Shown here piece by piece: positions 1 to 8,551 of a stretch of DNA of 32,190 bases (position 1 is the stretch's first letter; each line of letters begins with the position of its first letter). Origin of the DNA: Ktedonobacterales bacterium (lineage in GTDB: Bacteria; Chloroflexota; Ktedonobacteria; Ktedonobacterales; JACDGC01); contig JBBQSR010000002.1 in NCBI GenBank assembly GCA_038234855.1, forward strand, positions 1 through 32,190, read 5' to 3'. A model generated the notes under the pieces. That model saw only the letters and a program-made list of their open reading frames with translations. It was not told the DNA's origin and made no database searches. The position numbers and the translations under genes are program-made.

Positions 1-1
1 C

Positions 2-301
2 AAGGTCGGGCGGATCGATCCCGCGACGGGGGCCATCACGGAATACGCCGCGCCGACCGACCACGGCCCGGCGGCGGAACTCTATGACATCACCGTCACG
101 GCGCAGGGGATCGTCTGGGTGACGAGCAGCGGCGCGAACGCGCTCTTTCGCTTCGACCCGGCGACGGGGACCTGGGCGACGGTGGCGCTGACCCACCCTG
201 GCAGCGTGCCCTTTGGCATCGTCACCGCCCCCGATGGCGCGCTGTGGTTCACCGAGGGCGCGGTGGGGGCTAACCGCATCGGGGTTCACCGAGGCGCGTG
301 A
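2..301 (+). CDS. C-terminal fragment of a Vgb-like (virginiamycin B lyase-type) beta-propeller repeat protein; 5' end lies outside the window
   Basis: Frame is open from the window edge to TGA at 299-301. Repeated blade-like units (KVGRIDPATGAITEY, ALFRFDPATGTWATV, PFGIVTAPDGALWFTE) resemble Vgb/streptogramin-lyase-type propellers. Confidence 0.5.
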   Translation, partial: KVGRIDPATGAITEYAAPTDHGPAAELYDITVTAQGIVWVTSSGANALFRFDPATGTWATVALTHPGSVPFGIVTAPDGALWFTEGAVGANRIGVHRGA

Positions 302-319
302 CGGGGGCGGGGTCCGTGC

Positions 320-1588
320 TCACGCCCGCGCGGGCAAGCGGCGCTGCACCAGCACGACCAGCGCGAAGACCAGCGTGGTCGCGGCGGCATACCACAGGCT
401 CGGCAGACTCGCCGCCACCAGCACGACGACCGCCAGCGATGCGATGATGAGCGACCCGCGCAACCGCCGTCCGCGCAGCAGCCGCCACGCGGCGAGGAAG
501 ATCACCACATACGTCGCCAGAAAGTTGGCGCTGGAAAGCTGAATGAAGGTTTCGATGCGCGCCCCCGCCAGCGCAAAGATCAGCAGCGCGACGCCCCACA
601 CGCCCGCCAACGCCAGCAGCGCCGCGCGCGGCGTGCCGCTGGCGGGGTGAATCCGCCGCAGCCGCGCGGGGAAGAGGCCGTCGCGGGCCAGCGCCACGAC
701 CAGCCGACCACCGCTGCGCGTCCAGGTGAGCATCAGCAAAAAGATCAGCACCACCGCCAGCAGCGCGCCCACCTGTGCCGCCGCGCCGCCCACCGCGAAG
801 CGCAGCAGGTCCGCCAGCGAGGCGTCGCTCATCGCGACGGTCGCGCGGTCGAGGCTGCCGACCACCACGATGCTCAGCAGCAGGAAGAGCGCGCCCACGG
901 CGACCACTGCCGCCCGCAGCGATTTCACCAGCGTCAGGGGATCGGTGAATTCCTCGCCCGCGAAGGCCGCGTTTTCCCAGCCGACGAAGGCGAAGAACGC
1001 GATCAGCGCCGACGACGCCACGCCCGTTGGCCCATAGCCCCCCACGTCGGTCAGGCGGTCCGGCACCACGTGCGGCAGCGCCAGGCCGATGGTCACGATG
1101 ACCGCCCCCAGGCACAGGAAAAAGATCCAGCGTTGCCAGCGCATAATGGCCGTCACATCGAAGAGGTTGATGGCGACCAGCACTGCCAGTTCCGCGCCCG
1201 CCACGGGCACGTCCCATTGCGGCGCTAGCCCGGTCAGTTTGCGCAGATACTCCGCGAAGATGAGGGCCGTGCTGGGGGCACCGACGGCCATCGCCGTCAG
1301 ATATAGCACGCCCGTCAGTTGCCCCACGCGCGTGCCCAGCCCCTGCGCGATGAAGGCCGTGACGCCCCCCGCCGAGGGATACCGCGATCCCAACTCGGCC
1401 ATCACCCGCGCCATCGGGTACGAGATCGCCGCCAGCGTCGCCCAAATGAGGATGGACCATGGCCCCGCGTGCCGTGCCGCAATGGAGGGCAGCACGATCA
1501 GGCTTTGCCCCAACACGGCGGTGGTGTAGAGCACGAAGCCATCCGTGACGCTGAGATGCTTGCGAAACTGGACCGATGTCGTCGCCAT
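320..1588 (-). CDS. APC-family amino acid permease (multi-pass membrane transporter)
   Basis: ORF 320..1771; ATG at 1588 (MATTSVQFRKHLSVTDGFVLYTTAVLG...) is the likely start. About 12 hydrophobic segments and an N-terminal region typical of amino acid/polyamine permeases. Divergent from an Lrp/AsnC regulator. Confidence 0.85.
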   Translation of the reverse strand: MATTSVQFRKHLSVTDGFVLYTTAVLGQSLIVLPSIAARHAGPWSILIWATLAAISYPMARVMAELGSRYPSAGGVTAFIAQGLGTRVGQLTGVLYLTAMAVGAPSTALIFAEYLRKLTGLAPQWDVPVAGAELAVLVAINLFDVTAIMRWQRWIFFLCLGAVIVTIGLALPHVVPDRLTDVGGYGPTGVASSALIAFFAFVGWENAAFAGEEFTDPLTLVKSLRAAVVAVGALFLLLSIVVVGSLDRATVAMSDASLADLLRFAVGGAAAQVGALLAVVLIFLLMLTWTRSGGRLVVALARDGLFPARLRRIHPASGTPRAALLALAGVWGVALLIFALAGARIETFIQLSSANFLATYVVIFLAAWRLLRGRRLRGSLIIASLAVVVLVAASLPSLWYAAATTLVFALVVLVQRRLPARA

Positions 1589-1681
1589 GGGGGTACCCGC
1601 GCCTCTCTTGTTTCTCTCTGATAGGATACAAGAGAAACCGGCGATACTGAAGGGGAAAGCGAAAGGATATAGACCAACACC

Positions 1682-2212
1682 ATGCAGAACCGTAAGGAAA
1701 ATCACGCGATCACTATCGATGTCGCGGGTGGCCCGGATGAGGTCGATTGGCGCATCTTGGGGGAGTTGCAAGCGAACGCGCGTGTGACCTTCGCTGAGGT
1801 GGGGCGGCGCGTGGGGCTGACGGCCCCGGCGGTGGCCGAGCGGGTGCGGCGGCTAGAGCAGGCGGGCATCATCAGTGGCTATCACGCCCACATCGATACC
1901 ACTCGCCTGGGGCTGACGCTGGAAGCCTTCATGCGCTTCACCGTCACCAGCAGCACGTATCCCCAGATGAATCAGCTCTTGCGGTCGTACCCCGAGATCT
2001 TGGAATGTCACCGCATCACCGGCAGCGATTGTTACATCATGCGGCTCGCTGTCGTCTCGGTGGCGCACCTAGAGGACCTGATCAATCGCCTGACCCCCTA
2101 TGGGACCATGACGACTTCCATCGTCCTCTCGTCGCCCATCACGCGGCGCGACGTCACCCCCGCGAACCTGACCTGGGCGGGTGAGACGCCAGAGGTGCCG
2201 CGCGGCAAATAG
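1682..2212 (+). CDS. Lrp/AsnC family transcriptional regulator
   Basis: DWRILGELQANARVTFAEVGRRVGLTAPAVAERVRRLEQAGIISGYHA is a canonical AsnC-type HTH, followed by an RAM/ACT-like C-terminal domain. Divergent from the permease gene. Confidence 0.9.
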   Translation: MQNRKENHAITIDVAGGPDEVDWRILGELQANARVTFAEVGRRVGLTAPAVAERVRRLEQAGIISGYHAHIDTTRLGLTLEAFMRFTVTSSTYPQMNQLLRSYPEILECHRITGSDCYIMRLAVVSVAHLEDLINRLTPYGTMTTSIVLSSPITRRDVTPANLTWAGETPEVPRGK

Positions 2213-2263
2213 CCGCCAGCGACAGAGACGCGCTGGCGGCTGGTGTAACGTGCTGGGTGGCGC

Positions 2264-3088
2264 TCAGTCGTTGAGGTTCAGCACCATCTGGGGCGTGGCG
2301 ATCTCGTGGTCGGCGCGGGTCTGCACCACCGCCGTGCCGATGGAAAAGAACTCGATGACGTGGCTATCCCAGCCATGGCTCGACTCCACGATGCGTGTGC
2401 CCACGATGCCATCTGCCCCGATGCCCTCGGCCTCGGCTTGCATGCGGCCCATCGCCAGTTCGCGGGCGTCGTAGAGCGCCTGGGTATAGTTCGCCATCTC
2501 GATGTTTTGGCCCATCGTCTGCGAAAACCACTGGCGCATCGACTGTATGCCCACGTGGTAGACGCAGCTTCCCATTGTCAGTGCCAGGGGCCGATAGCCC
2601 GCCGCCAGCAGCGTGCGGAAGTCTTGCCCCGACAGATCGCTGGTGAAGGGCTTGCCCGCTGGCGTGCGGTGGCTGGTGCCGTCGCGCGAACGCACCGCCG
2701 TGCCGATGGCGATGAACTCGGCCAGATTCTCGCCCCAACTATAGCGGCCCACGTCCAGGCGGACGCCGACGATGCCATCCGCGCCGAGGGTGTCGGCCTC
2801 TTCCTCCATGCGGGTCATGGCGAGTTCGCGGGCGGCATACATCGCCTGGGTCAGCACGCCCAGCTCTTGATTTTGCATCATGTTGGCGTATTGAAAGCCG
2901 ACATGATAGATGGAGCTTCCCACCACCATGCCCAACGGATCGAACCCCGCCTCTTTGACCAGCAAGAATTCATTGACCGACAGATCGCTAGTAAAAAGCG
3001 GCTTCACGCCACCGCCGCCGCGCATGCGCAGCAGACGGTTACGCGCATCCGCGGGGATGGCCGGTTGTGGTTGATTCGCTTGTGCCAT
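2264..3088 (-). CDS. Tandem-duplicated YbjQ/UPF0145 (DUF74, putative heavy-metal-binding) family protein
   Basis: Two internal copies of the YbjQ pattern (FTSDLS..F......G..P.G.V.GS.VYH.G ... ARELAM.RM..EA...GADGIVG.R ... EF..IGTAV). ATG at 3088 is preceded by GAGGA. Confidence 0.8.
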   Translation of the reverse strand: MAQANQPQPAIPADARNRLLRMRGGGGVKPLFTSDLSVNEFLLVKEAGFDPLGMVVGSSIYHVGFQYANMMQNQELGVLTQAMYAARELAMTRMEEEADTLGADGIVGVRLDVGRYSWGENLAEFIAIGTAVRSRDGTSHRTPAGKPFTSDLSGQDFRTLLAAGYRPLALTMGSCVYHVGIQSMRQWFSQTMGQNIEMANYTQALYDARELAMGRMQAEAEGIGADGIVGTRIVESSHGWDSHVIEFFSIGTAVVQTRADHEIATPQMVLNLND

Positions 3089-3124
3089 GGGGGAAATCCT
3101 CACTTCATTGGTAGGTCGCATCGG

Positions 3125-3499
3125 CTAGGTGAGTAAACGGCGAATGGCCTCGCCCTCGCGCGCGCTCTGGGCGGCGAGGTCGGCCAGCGTCGCGGCCAGA
3201 TCGGCGATCCAGGCATCCAACGCGACGGCCTCGGTCTTTAGGGCGATGCCCCGCACGACGTGCACGCGCGCGGCACTGGGGCGACCATGGTCTAGCCGCA
3301 ACGTATAGCGCCATTCGCCCAGGTCGGCCTCTAGGCCATCGACCGTGCCGCCGCCAAAGAGGCCGCTGTGGTGCAGCCGCACCTGGGTGGGCAGGGCATC
3401 GGCCAGCTTGTGGCCCAGCACCGCGACCCAGGTGCCCATGTCGTGCATATCGGCCCGCAGCGCCGCCGCCAGCAGGTCGAAGTCTAGGGGTTCCATCAT
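3125..3499 (-). CDS. Hypothetical protein (about 124 aa), same strand and closely spaced with the YbjQ gene
   Basis: ORF 3125..3508. ATG at 3499 lies 8 nt after GAAGAGG; GTG at 3508 is an alternative start. Coding-like composition but no recognisable motif. Confidence 0.5.
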   Translation of the reverse strand: MMEPLDFDLLAAALRADMHDMGTWVAVLGHKLADALPTQVRLHHSGLFGGGTVDGLEADLGEWRYTLRLDHGRPSAARVHVVRGIALKTEAVALDAWIADLAATLADLAAQSAREGEAIRRLLT

Positions 3500-3559
3500 C
3501 GCGCGCACCTCTTCTTTTGCATCATAGCACGGTGGCGAGGGCGACAGCCGGACAGCGGC

Positions 3560-4528
3560 TCACCCGCGCGCCCATTGCTGCACCAGGCCATAGACGATGT
3601 CGGCGTACCGTTGGGGGTCGTTGTGGTCCGAGGCGGGGGCGTAGATCGGCGTCACATCGTAGATGTCGCGCGTCCCCGCGTTCAAATAATACGTGCGGAT
3701 GACCCAGTACCAGTCCTCCGCGCCGTCGCGCCACGAGGCATATTGCCGGAAGCCGTTGTACTGCGTATACGTGACGGGGCTGCCGCTGGGGTTATAGCGC
3801 ACGTTGCCGAGTGAGCGCGTGGTGACGGCGATGCCCGCCGTCCCGCACTGCGACTCGAAGGCGAAAAACCCCAACGCATACGCCGGATTCACCCCATATT
3901 TGATGCCCAAGTCGTAGAGGTCGGCGGCGAAGTCGGCGGTGGCGGCGGGGCTGTTATACGATTGCAACACCTGCAAAATCTTGATGGCGCTGATCGAGGG
4001 CTGGCCATCCAGCGTCTCGCCAGCGGCGGCGCAGTTCGCGCGGGGCAGCGAACAGGCGCTCGGCGGCGCTTTATAGGCCACCACGCCATGTGGGCGCAGA
4101 TTCGGCCAGTGCGCGCGGGCGAACGCGCCGACCGTCCCCCAGGCGGGGTACGACCCGGCGAGCAATGCCACCACCAACACCCATCCGGCGATCTCGGTGC
4201 CGCGCCCCGTCAGCCGCCCGCCGCTGACCCTGCCCGCCAGCCAGCCCAGCCCACGTGCCAACGACCGCACCGCCCAAAAGATCAGCCGCGCGACGCCCGT
4301 CACCGCCCAACTGACGAAATGCAGTACCGACAGCCCCAGGTCGCCCAGCACGAAGGTCGCTTCATCCAGCCGACCGCGTGGCCACGTGCGCGGCGTGTCG
4401 GGCAAGATGCGGCGGCGCGGCGCGGGGGGCGACATGGTCGCGGTCGGCGTTTCCCCGGCGGCGGTGGGTGGGGCGAGTGGCTGGGTGGGCATGGCGGCCT
4501 CGGTGCGTGGTGGTGGCGAGCGGGGCAT
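3560..4528 (-). CDS. Membrane-anchored glucosaminidase-domain protein (peptidoglycan hydrolase-like)
   Basis: C-terminal half (YGVNPAYALGFFAFESQCGTAG...RSLGNVRY...YASWRDGAEDWYWVIRTYY) resembles the mannosyl-glycoprotein endo-beta-N-acetylglucosaminidase domain. N-terminus is Pro/Ala-rich with 2-3 hydrophobic segments. Alternative start at 4492. Confidence 0.7.
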   Translation of the reverse strand: MPRSPPPRTEAAMPTQPLAPPTAAGETPTATMSPPAPRRRILPDTPRTWPRGRLDEATFVLGDLGLSVLHFVSWAVTGVARLIFWAVRSLARGLGWLAGRVSGGRLTGRGTEIAGWVLVVALLAGSYPAWGTVGAFARAHWPNLRPHGVVAYKAPPSACSLPRANCAAAGETLDGQPSISAIKILQVLQSYNSPAATADFAADLYDLGIKYGVNPAYALGFFAFESQCGTAGIAVTTRSLGNVRYNPSGSPVTYTQYNGFRQYASWRDGAEDWYWVIRTYYLNAGTRDIYDVTPIYAPASDHNDPQRYADIVYGLVQQWARG

Positions 4529-4800
4529 CCCCTCGCCTGGGTGATGTCGTCCCTCACAGCCTAGCGCACATCACGCGTCGTGTCTAGTGCTACGCTTCAC
4601 AGGCGACAGACGACGGTGGCGCGGCAGCGTGCGGCGAAATTTGGCGCGGCTCGCATTGTCGTGTTTATGTCCCCTGGCGATCACCCCGTCTCGCGGATGC
4701 TTTCCCCACGCCCCAGCGATCGCCCCATTCTTCTTGTAGGCTAGACGATAGGACACGAAACCGCTACAATGGAGGGGAAGCGCCGCAAGGAAAGGGAGCA

Positions 4801-5901
4801 GTGATGCAGGAAACCACGACAGCCACGCGTTCTGAGATCCCCCACGGCCCGGCGCGTCAGGCGGGGTGGCGCGAACGCTGGCGGGCACTGCGGCAGGTGA
4901 TGGCGGCACTGGTGGTGGGCGCGGCGGTGCTCGCGCAGCTCGGCTGGTGGGGGCTGTCGGCGAAGGCGACTGATGACGTCGGGTCGCGCTTCAACCAGGG
5001 GCAAAACGCCACCTGGGTCGCGCACACCTGGGTCGGTGAGTCGCACAGCGCCAGCGAATATGACGACCTGGCGGCGCGGTTGTCGCGCGAGCAGATCGCC
5101 TTTATCTACGCGCATGTGGGGCCACTGACGGGGGATGGGGGCATCCCGGTCACCCGATACCCGAATGCCTTCACCTTCACGACGGAGATGCATGCGCGGT
5201 TGCCCCAGTTGCACATCCTCGCGTGGATCGGGCAGATCTATCGCGTCGGTGCTGACCCCAATGAGGACGTCATCGATCTGGCGCGGTCGCAGACGCGCGA
5301 CAACATCACCACCATCGCGGGGATCTTTACCAATGCCCTCGGCTTCGATGGCATCCACTATGATATCGAGCCGGTGCCCAACAACGACAATCACTTCCTC
5401 GATCTGCTCGATGGCACGCGGGCGCGCATCGGGACGGGCAAGGTGCTCTCCCTTTCCACGCCAAACTGGATTCCCGTGGCGCGCGTGACGGATGTGCTGC
5501 AAACCCTGCGCAACCAGCCCAACGTCTGGTGGACAACGTACTATTATGGTGTCGTCAGCAAACACGTCGACCAGATCGTCGCCATGATGTATAACACCGG
5601 CATGCCCACCGCGCCGCTGTACGAGCTGGTCGTGCAGCAAGAGACGGCGCACATCTTGCGGGCCACCGCCGCCGCGTCGCCCACCACGCGGGTCATCGTC
5701 GCCATCCCCACCTATACGCAACCGCCGTCGCGCGCCTTCCACGCGGCAGCGGAAAACATGCAGACGGGGCTGCACGCGGTCATCAGCGGGCTGAACGAAG
5801 ATGACGGCCTCGGTGCCTTCGCGGGCCTCGCCATCTATCCCGAATGGCTGACGAGCGATGCCGACTGGGCGCTCTATGAGCAGCAGTGGCTGGGACGCTG
5901 A
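4801..5901 (+). CDS. Membrane-anchored GH18-like (chitinase-fold) glycoside hydrolase-like protein
   Basis: N-terminal TM segment (VMAALVVGAAVLAQLGWWGL). Motif FDGIHYDIE resembles the GH18 DG.D.D.E catalytic strand. RBS AAGGGAG lies upstream of GTG 4801 / ATG 4804. Confidence 0.55.
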   Translation: MMQETTTATRSEIPHGPARQAGWRERWRALRQVMAALVVGAAVLAQLGWWGLSAKATDDVGSRFNQGQNATWVAHTWVGESHSASEYDDLAARLSREQIAFIYAHVGPLTGDGGIPVTRYPNAFTFTTEMHARLPQLHILAWIGQIYRVGADPNEDVIDLARSQTRDNITTIAGIFTNALGFDGIHYDIEPVPNNDNHFLDLLDGTRARIGTGKVLSLSTPNWIPVARVTDVLQTLRNQPNVWWTTYYYGVVSKHVDQIVAMMYNTGMPTAPLYELVVQQETAHILRATAAASPTTRVIVAIPTYTQPPSRAFHAAAENMQTGLHAVISGLNEDDGLGAFAGLAIYPEWLTSDADWALYEQQWLGR

Positions 5902-5902
5902 G

Positions 5903-6400
5903 CTACGGCGGCGTCGGCAATTCGCGCAGCGGCGAGGCGCGGTCCGTCCGCAGCAGATGCAGCAGGCGCGGGCCGGGCCGCGTGGCGACGGGCGGCGCGC
6001 TGGCGAGTACCTGGGCCAGCGTCGCCGTGTCGAGCACCGTCATGGGGTCCCAGCCATGCAATTTCAAATCCACCGTTCCCTCTTCCGAGACGGCGACGCC
6101 CTCTGCGGTGAGGCGTTGCGCCATGGTGCCACCGGGACCAAAGGCCCAACTGCCGGTCAGCGCGCCCGTGCTGCTGACCACGCGCTGCGCGGGCACACCC
6201 TCGGGCGATTCATTCATAAACCAGCCGATCATGCGCGCCCCACGCGGGTACCCAAGCGCCTTGCCTAGCCAGCTATACGTCGTCACGCGCCCGGCAGGGC
6301 AGGCCCGCACCAGCGCGAAGGTCTGCGCCATCAGGTCCGCGACGGCGCTTTCCGTGAAGACCGTGAGCACGATCACCCCTCCTTGACCAGCATCGACCAT
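5903..6400 (-). CDS. MGMT-family / alkyltransferase-like (ATL) protein lacking the acceptor cysteine
   Basis: GRVTTYSWLGKALGYPRGARMIGWFM....VPAQRVV matches the DNA-binding domain of O6-alkylguanine-DNA alkyltransferases, but PCHRV is replaced by PAQRV. There is about 55 aa of extra C-terminal sequence. Confidence 0.75.
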   Translation of the reverse strand: MVDAGQGGVIVLTVFTESAVADLMAQTFALVRACPAGRVTTYSWLGKALGYPRGARMIGWFMNESPEGVPAQRVVSSTGALTGSWAFGPGGTMAQRLTAEGVAVSEEGTVDLKLHGWDPMTVLDTATLAQVLASAPPVATRPGPRLLHLLRTDRASPLRELPTPP

Positions 6401-6452
6401 CCGCCAAGACGACCTGTCACAGCGACGGATCGGTGCGGCTCATCATTTGAGT

Positions 6453-6481
6453 ACTATAGTACTCGCTGGCCGAATGGTCAA
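6453..6481 (-). promoter_or_regulatory. Candidate sigma70-type promoter for the ATL gene (TTGACC-17-TATAGT on the minus strand)
   Basis: The minus strand reads TTGACC (6481-6476), a 17-nt spacer, then TATAGT (6458-6453), about 50 nt upstream of the start at 6400. The -10 box sits inside a perfect 16-bp palindrome (6449-6464). Confidence 0.45.
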
Positions 6482-6639
6482 TGCCCCTGTGCCGCCGCCG
6501 CGCTGTCCTAGTGATGGCCCACCGCCAGGCCGCTCTGCGCCGAACCCATGTGAACGATGCGCACGATATCTCTTGTATAAAATAACAAAAATAGACGCTG
6601 ATCCCGTTGAATGCACAAGAAAACTCCCGAGAAAAACTC

Positions 6640-6668
6640 TTGACAAGGTTGAGCCTCGTGCTGATAAT
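6640..6668 (+). promoter_or_regulatory. Candidate sigma70-type promoter (TTGACA-17-GATAAT) for the 6780 gene
   Basis: TTGACA at 6640-6645, 17-nt spacer, GATAAT at 6663-6668, in a lower-GC intergenic region. Implies a 5' UTR of about 100 nt. Confidence 0.5.
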
Positions 6669-6779
6669 GGGGGCACTGAGCGAGTAGGCGTTCAGTTGGC
6701 TTAGTGTTCTAAAAGTTGTCGTCACATTCTCGGTCAGCTTCTTGACCACGTTTGACCACATTGGTAGGAAGGTACATTC

Positions 6780-8522
6780 ATGTCCTTTACTCTGTCGCGC
6801 GCCCGCGTGAAAGCAATTGGAATTGCAGCGGTCGCCCTGCTCACCCTCGCCAGCGCTCTTTTTATTGGTGCCCGTGGGGCGCTCGCTGGCCATCCTCAGG
6901 CCGCCAAGGCTGCCCCACCACCCGTTCTTTCTGCTGGCTCGCGTGATGATAGCGTCACCCTCACCGCGCAGCACTTGTCCGCCGTCGATGCGGCACAGGT
7001 CGCGCAGGGCACGCCCTATAGCGGCCCCGCCCATAATGTGAATCGTCGTCTGCCCGCGCGCTCGAACGTCAAACATAACAGCGCGCCCGCGCCCACTGGG
7101 CCAGCCACGTCGCTCAACGTCAGCCCCAATGCGCCGACCCCGCTGGGCACCTTCCAGGGTCAGGCGCAAACGAACCTCGTCCCCTCCGACATGGGCTTGG
7201 CCGCTGGCGGTGGCTACATCGTTCAGGCGGTCAACGCCTCCATTGCGGTGTATAACACCAATGGCGCGCTACAATCGGGCTGGCCCAAGACGCCTCAGTC
7301 GCTGTTTGGCCTGTCTAGCTCCGAATTCATGTACGACCCCCGCGTGCTCTTCGACTCGATCAGCGGCCACTTCTTTGTGCTCTTTGACGATGACAATGAC
7401 ACCGCTGGACATCTCTCGTCGACCTACTACCTCGCGGTCAGCGCCACCGCGAACCCCACGGGCACCTGGTATCGCTATGCCTTCAGCGTGGGTGAAAACC
7501 TGACCAATGCGAACGCCGCCTTCGCGGATTTCCCCATCGCGGGCATCGACGCGCAGGGCTTCTATTTCAGCGGCAACCGCTTCTACTTCACGGCGAATGG
7601 CGGCGGCTTCGCGGATTCTTTCGTCGCCTCCACTGGTCTCGCCGCGCTGGAAAAGAACCTGACCACACAGATCAACTACACGATATTCAACAATCTGACC
7701 ACGGCGACCGGGAAAGCTTTCTCGGTGGCCCCAGCGACCTCGTTTGGCTATCCCCGTGCGGAGCCGTTGATCAGCACCGACCTCGCCGGCTGCACCACGG
7801 ACCCCTGCACTACGTATTATGTGTGGGCCATCAGCTACCCCACGAATACCACCGCACCAGGCCCGCGTCTCAGTTGGGTGCAGATCACTGGCCCAGCGTA
7901 CTCGCTCAACATTCCCCTGGCTGACCAGCCCGGCACGGGTGGTGCGGGCTCCATCGACTCGGGCGATGCGCGCGTGGCCAGCTTGCCCTCCTTCCGCGCT
8001 AATTCGCTGTACTTCACCATCGGCACCGCCATTAACAATGGCACGCAAACCGTTGCCGCCGTCGAGTGGGCCAACCTGGCCATCGTCCTCGACACGGGTA
8101 ACGCCGCGTGTGGTGCCGTCCCCAACCGCTGCGTCGATATCACCAGTGCGTATGCCAAAGAGTATGGGTCTGTCTGGTACAACGGCTCGACGCATGCCTT
8201 CGACCCCTCGGTCGCCATCACCAGTGATGGTGATATGGTGATGGCCTACAGCGTGTCGTCGCTGACGACGCGCCCCGTCACCATCATCTTCGCGCGGCGC
8301 TCGACCTCTAACCTCGGCGACACGCAAATCGTTCCGGGTAGCCAGAGCCTGGCGTTCTGGTCCTTCGGGCGGTGGGGTGACTACAGCGCGGTCGCGCTCG
8401 ACTCCACCACGTGCAGTTCCGCTGGCTGTTTCCGCCTGTGGGATAGCGCCATGTACGTCCGGTCGAATGGCACCTGGGGCACGACGATCAGCAGCGAACT
8501 CTACAACGTGCTGATCCCGTAA
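6780..8522 (+). CDS. Secreted protein of unknown function, probably a sialidase-fold beta-propeller
   Basis: Signal-peptide-like N-terminus (KAIGIAAVALLTLASALFIGARGALA). RBS AGGAAGG upstream. Motifs DPRVLFDSISGHFFVLF, TGTWYRYAF and GRWGDYSAVALD are of the kind seen in uncharacterised secreted propeller proteins. Confidence 0.75.
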   Translation: MSFTLSRARVKAIGIAAVALLTLASALFIGARGALAGHPQAAKAAPPPVLSAGSRDDSVTLTAQHLSAVDAAQVAQGTPYSGPAHNVNRRLPARSNVKHNSAPAPTGPATSLNVSPNAPTPLGTFQGQAQTNLVPSDMGLAAGGGYIVQAVNASIAVYNTNGALQSGWPKTPQSLFGLSSSEFMYDPRVLFDSISGHFFVLFDDDNDTAGHLSSTYYLAVSATANPTGTWYRYAFSVGENLTNANAAFADFPIAGIDAQGFYFSGNRFYFTANGGGFADSFVASTGLAALEKNLTTQINYTIFNNLTTATGKAFSVAPATSFGYPRAEPLISTDLAGCTTDPCTTYYVWAISYPTNTTAPGPRLSWVQITGPAYSLNIPLADQPGTGGAGSIDSGDARVASLPSFRANSLYFTIGTAINNGTQTVAAVEWANLAIVLDTGNAACGAVPNRCVDITSAYAKEYGSVWYNGSTHAFDPSVAITSDGDMVMAYSVSSLTTRPVTIIFARRSTSNLGDTQIVPGSQSLAFWSFGRWGDYSAVALDSTTCSSAGCFRLWDSAMYVRSNGTWGTTISSELYNVLIP

Positions 8523-8551
8523 ACCCGGCGACGTTCGCGCCACAGACGCGG

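Noticed and set aside
270-1631. 453-aa minus-strand ORF overlapping the permease gene in another frame
   Set aside because: Extremely Arg/Gly/Ala-rich with no motifs. The overlapping frame 320..1588 encodes a textbook APC permease.
4571-4909. 112-aa minus-strand ORF in the divergent intergenic region between the glucosaminidase and GH18-like genes
   Set aside because: It overlaps the 5' end of the plus-strand gene and the promoter region. It has no RBS or motifs, and its composition is not convincing.
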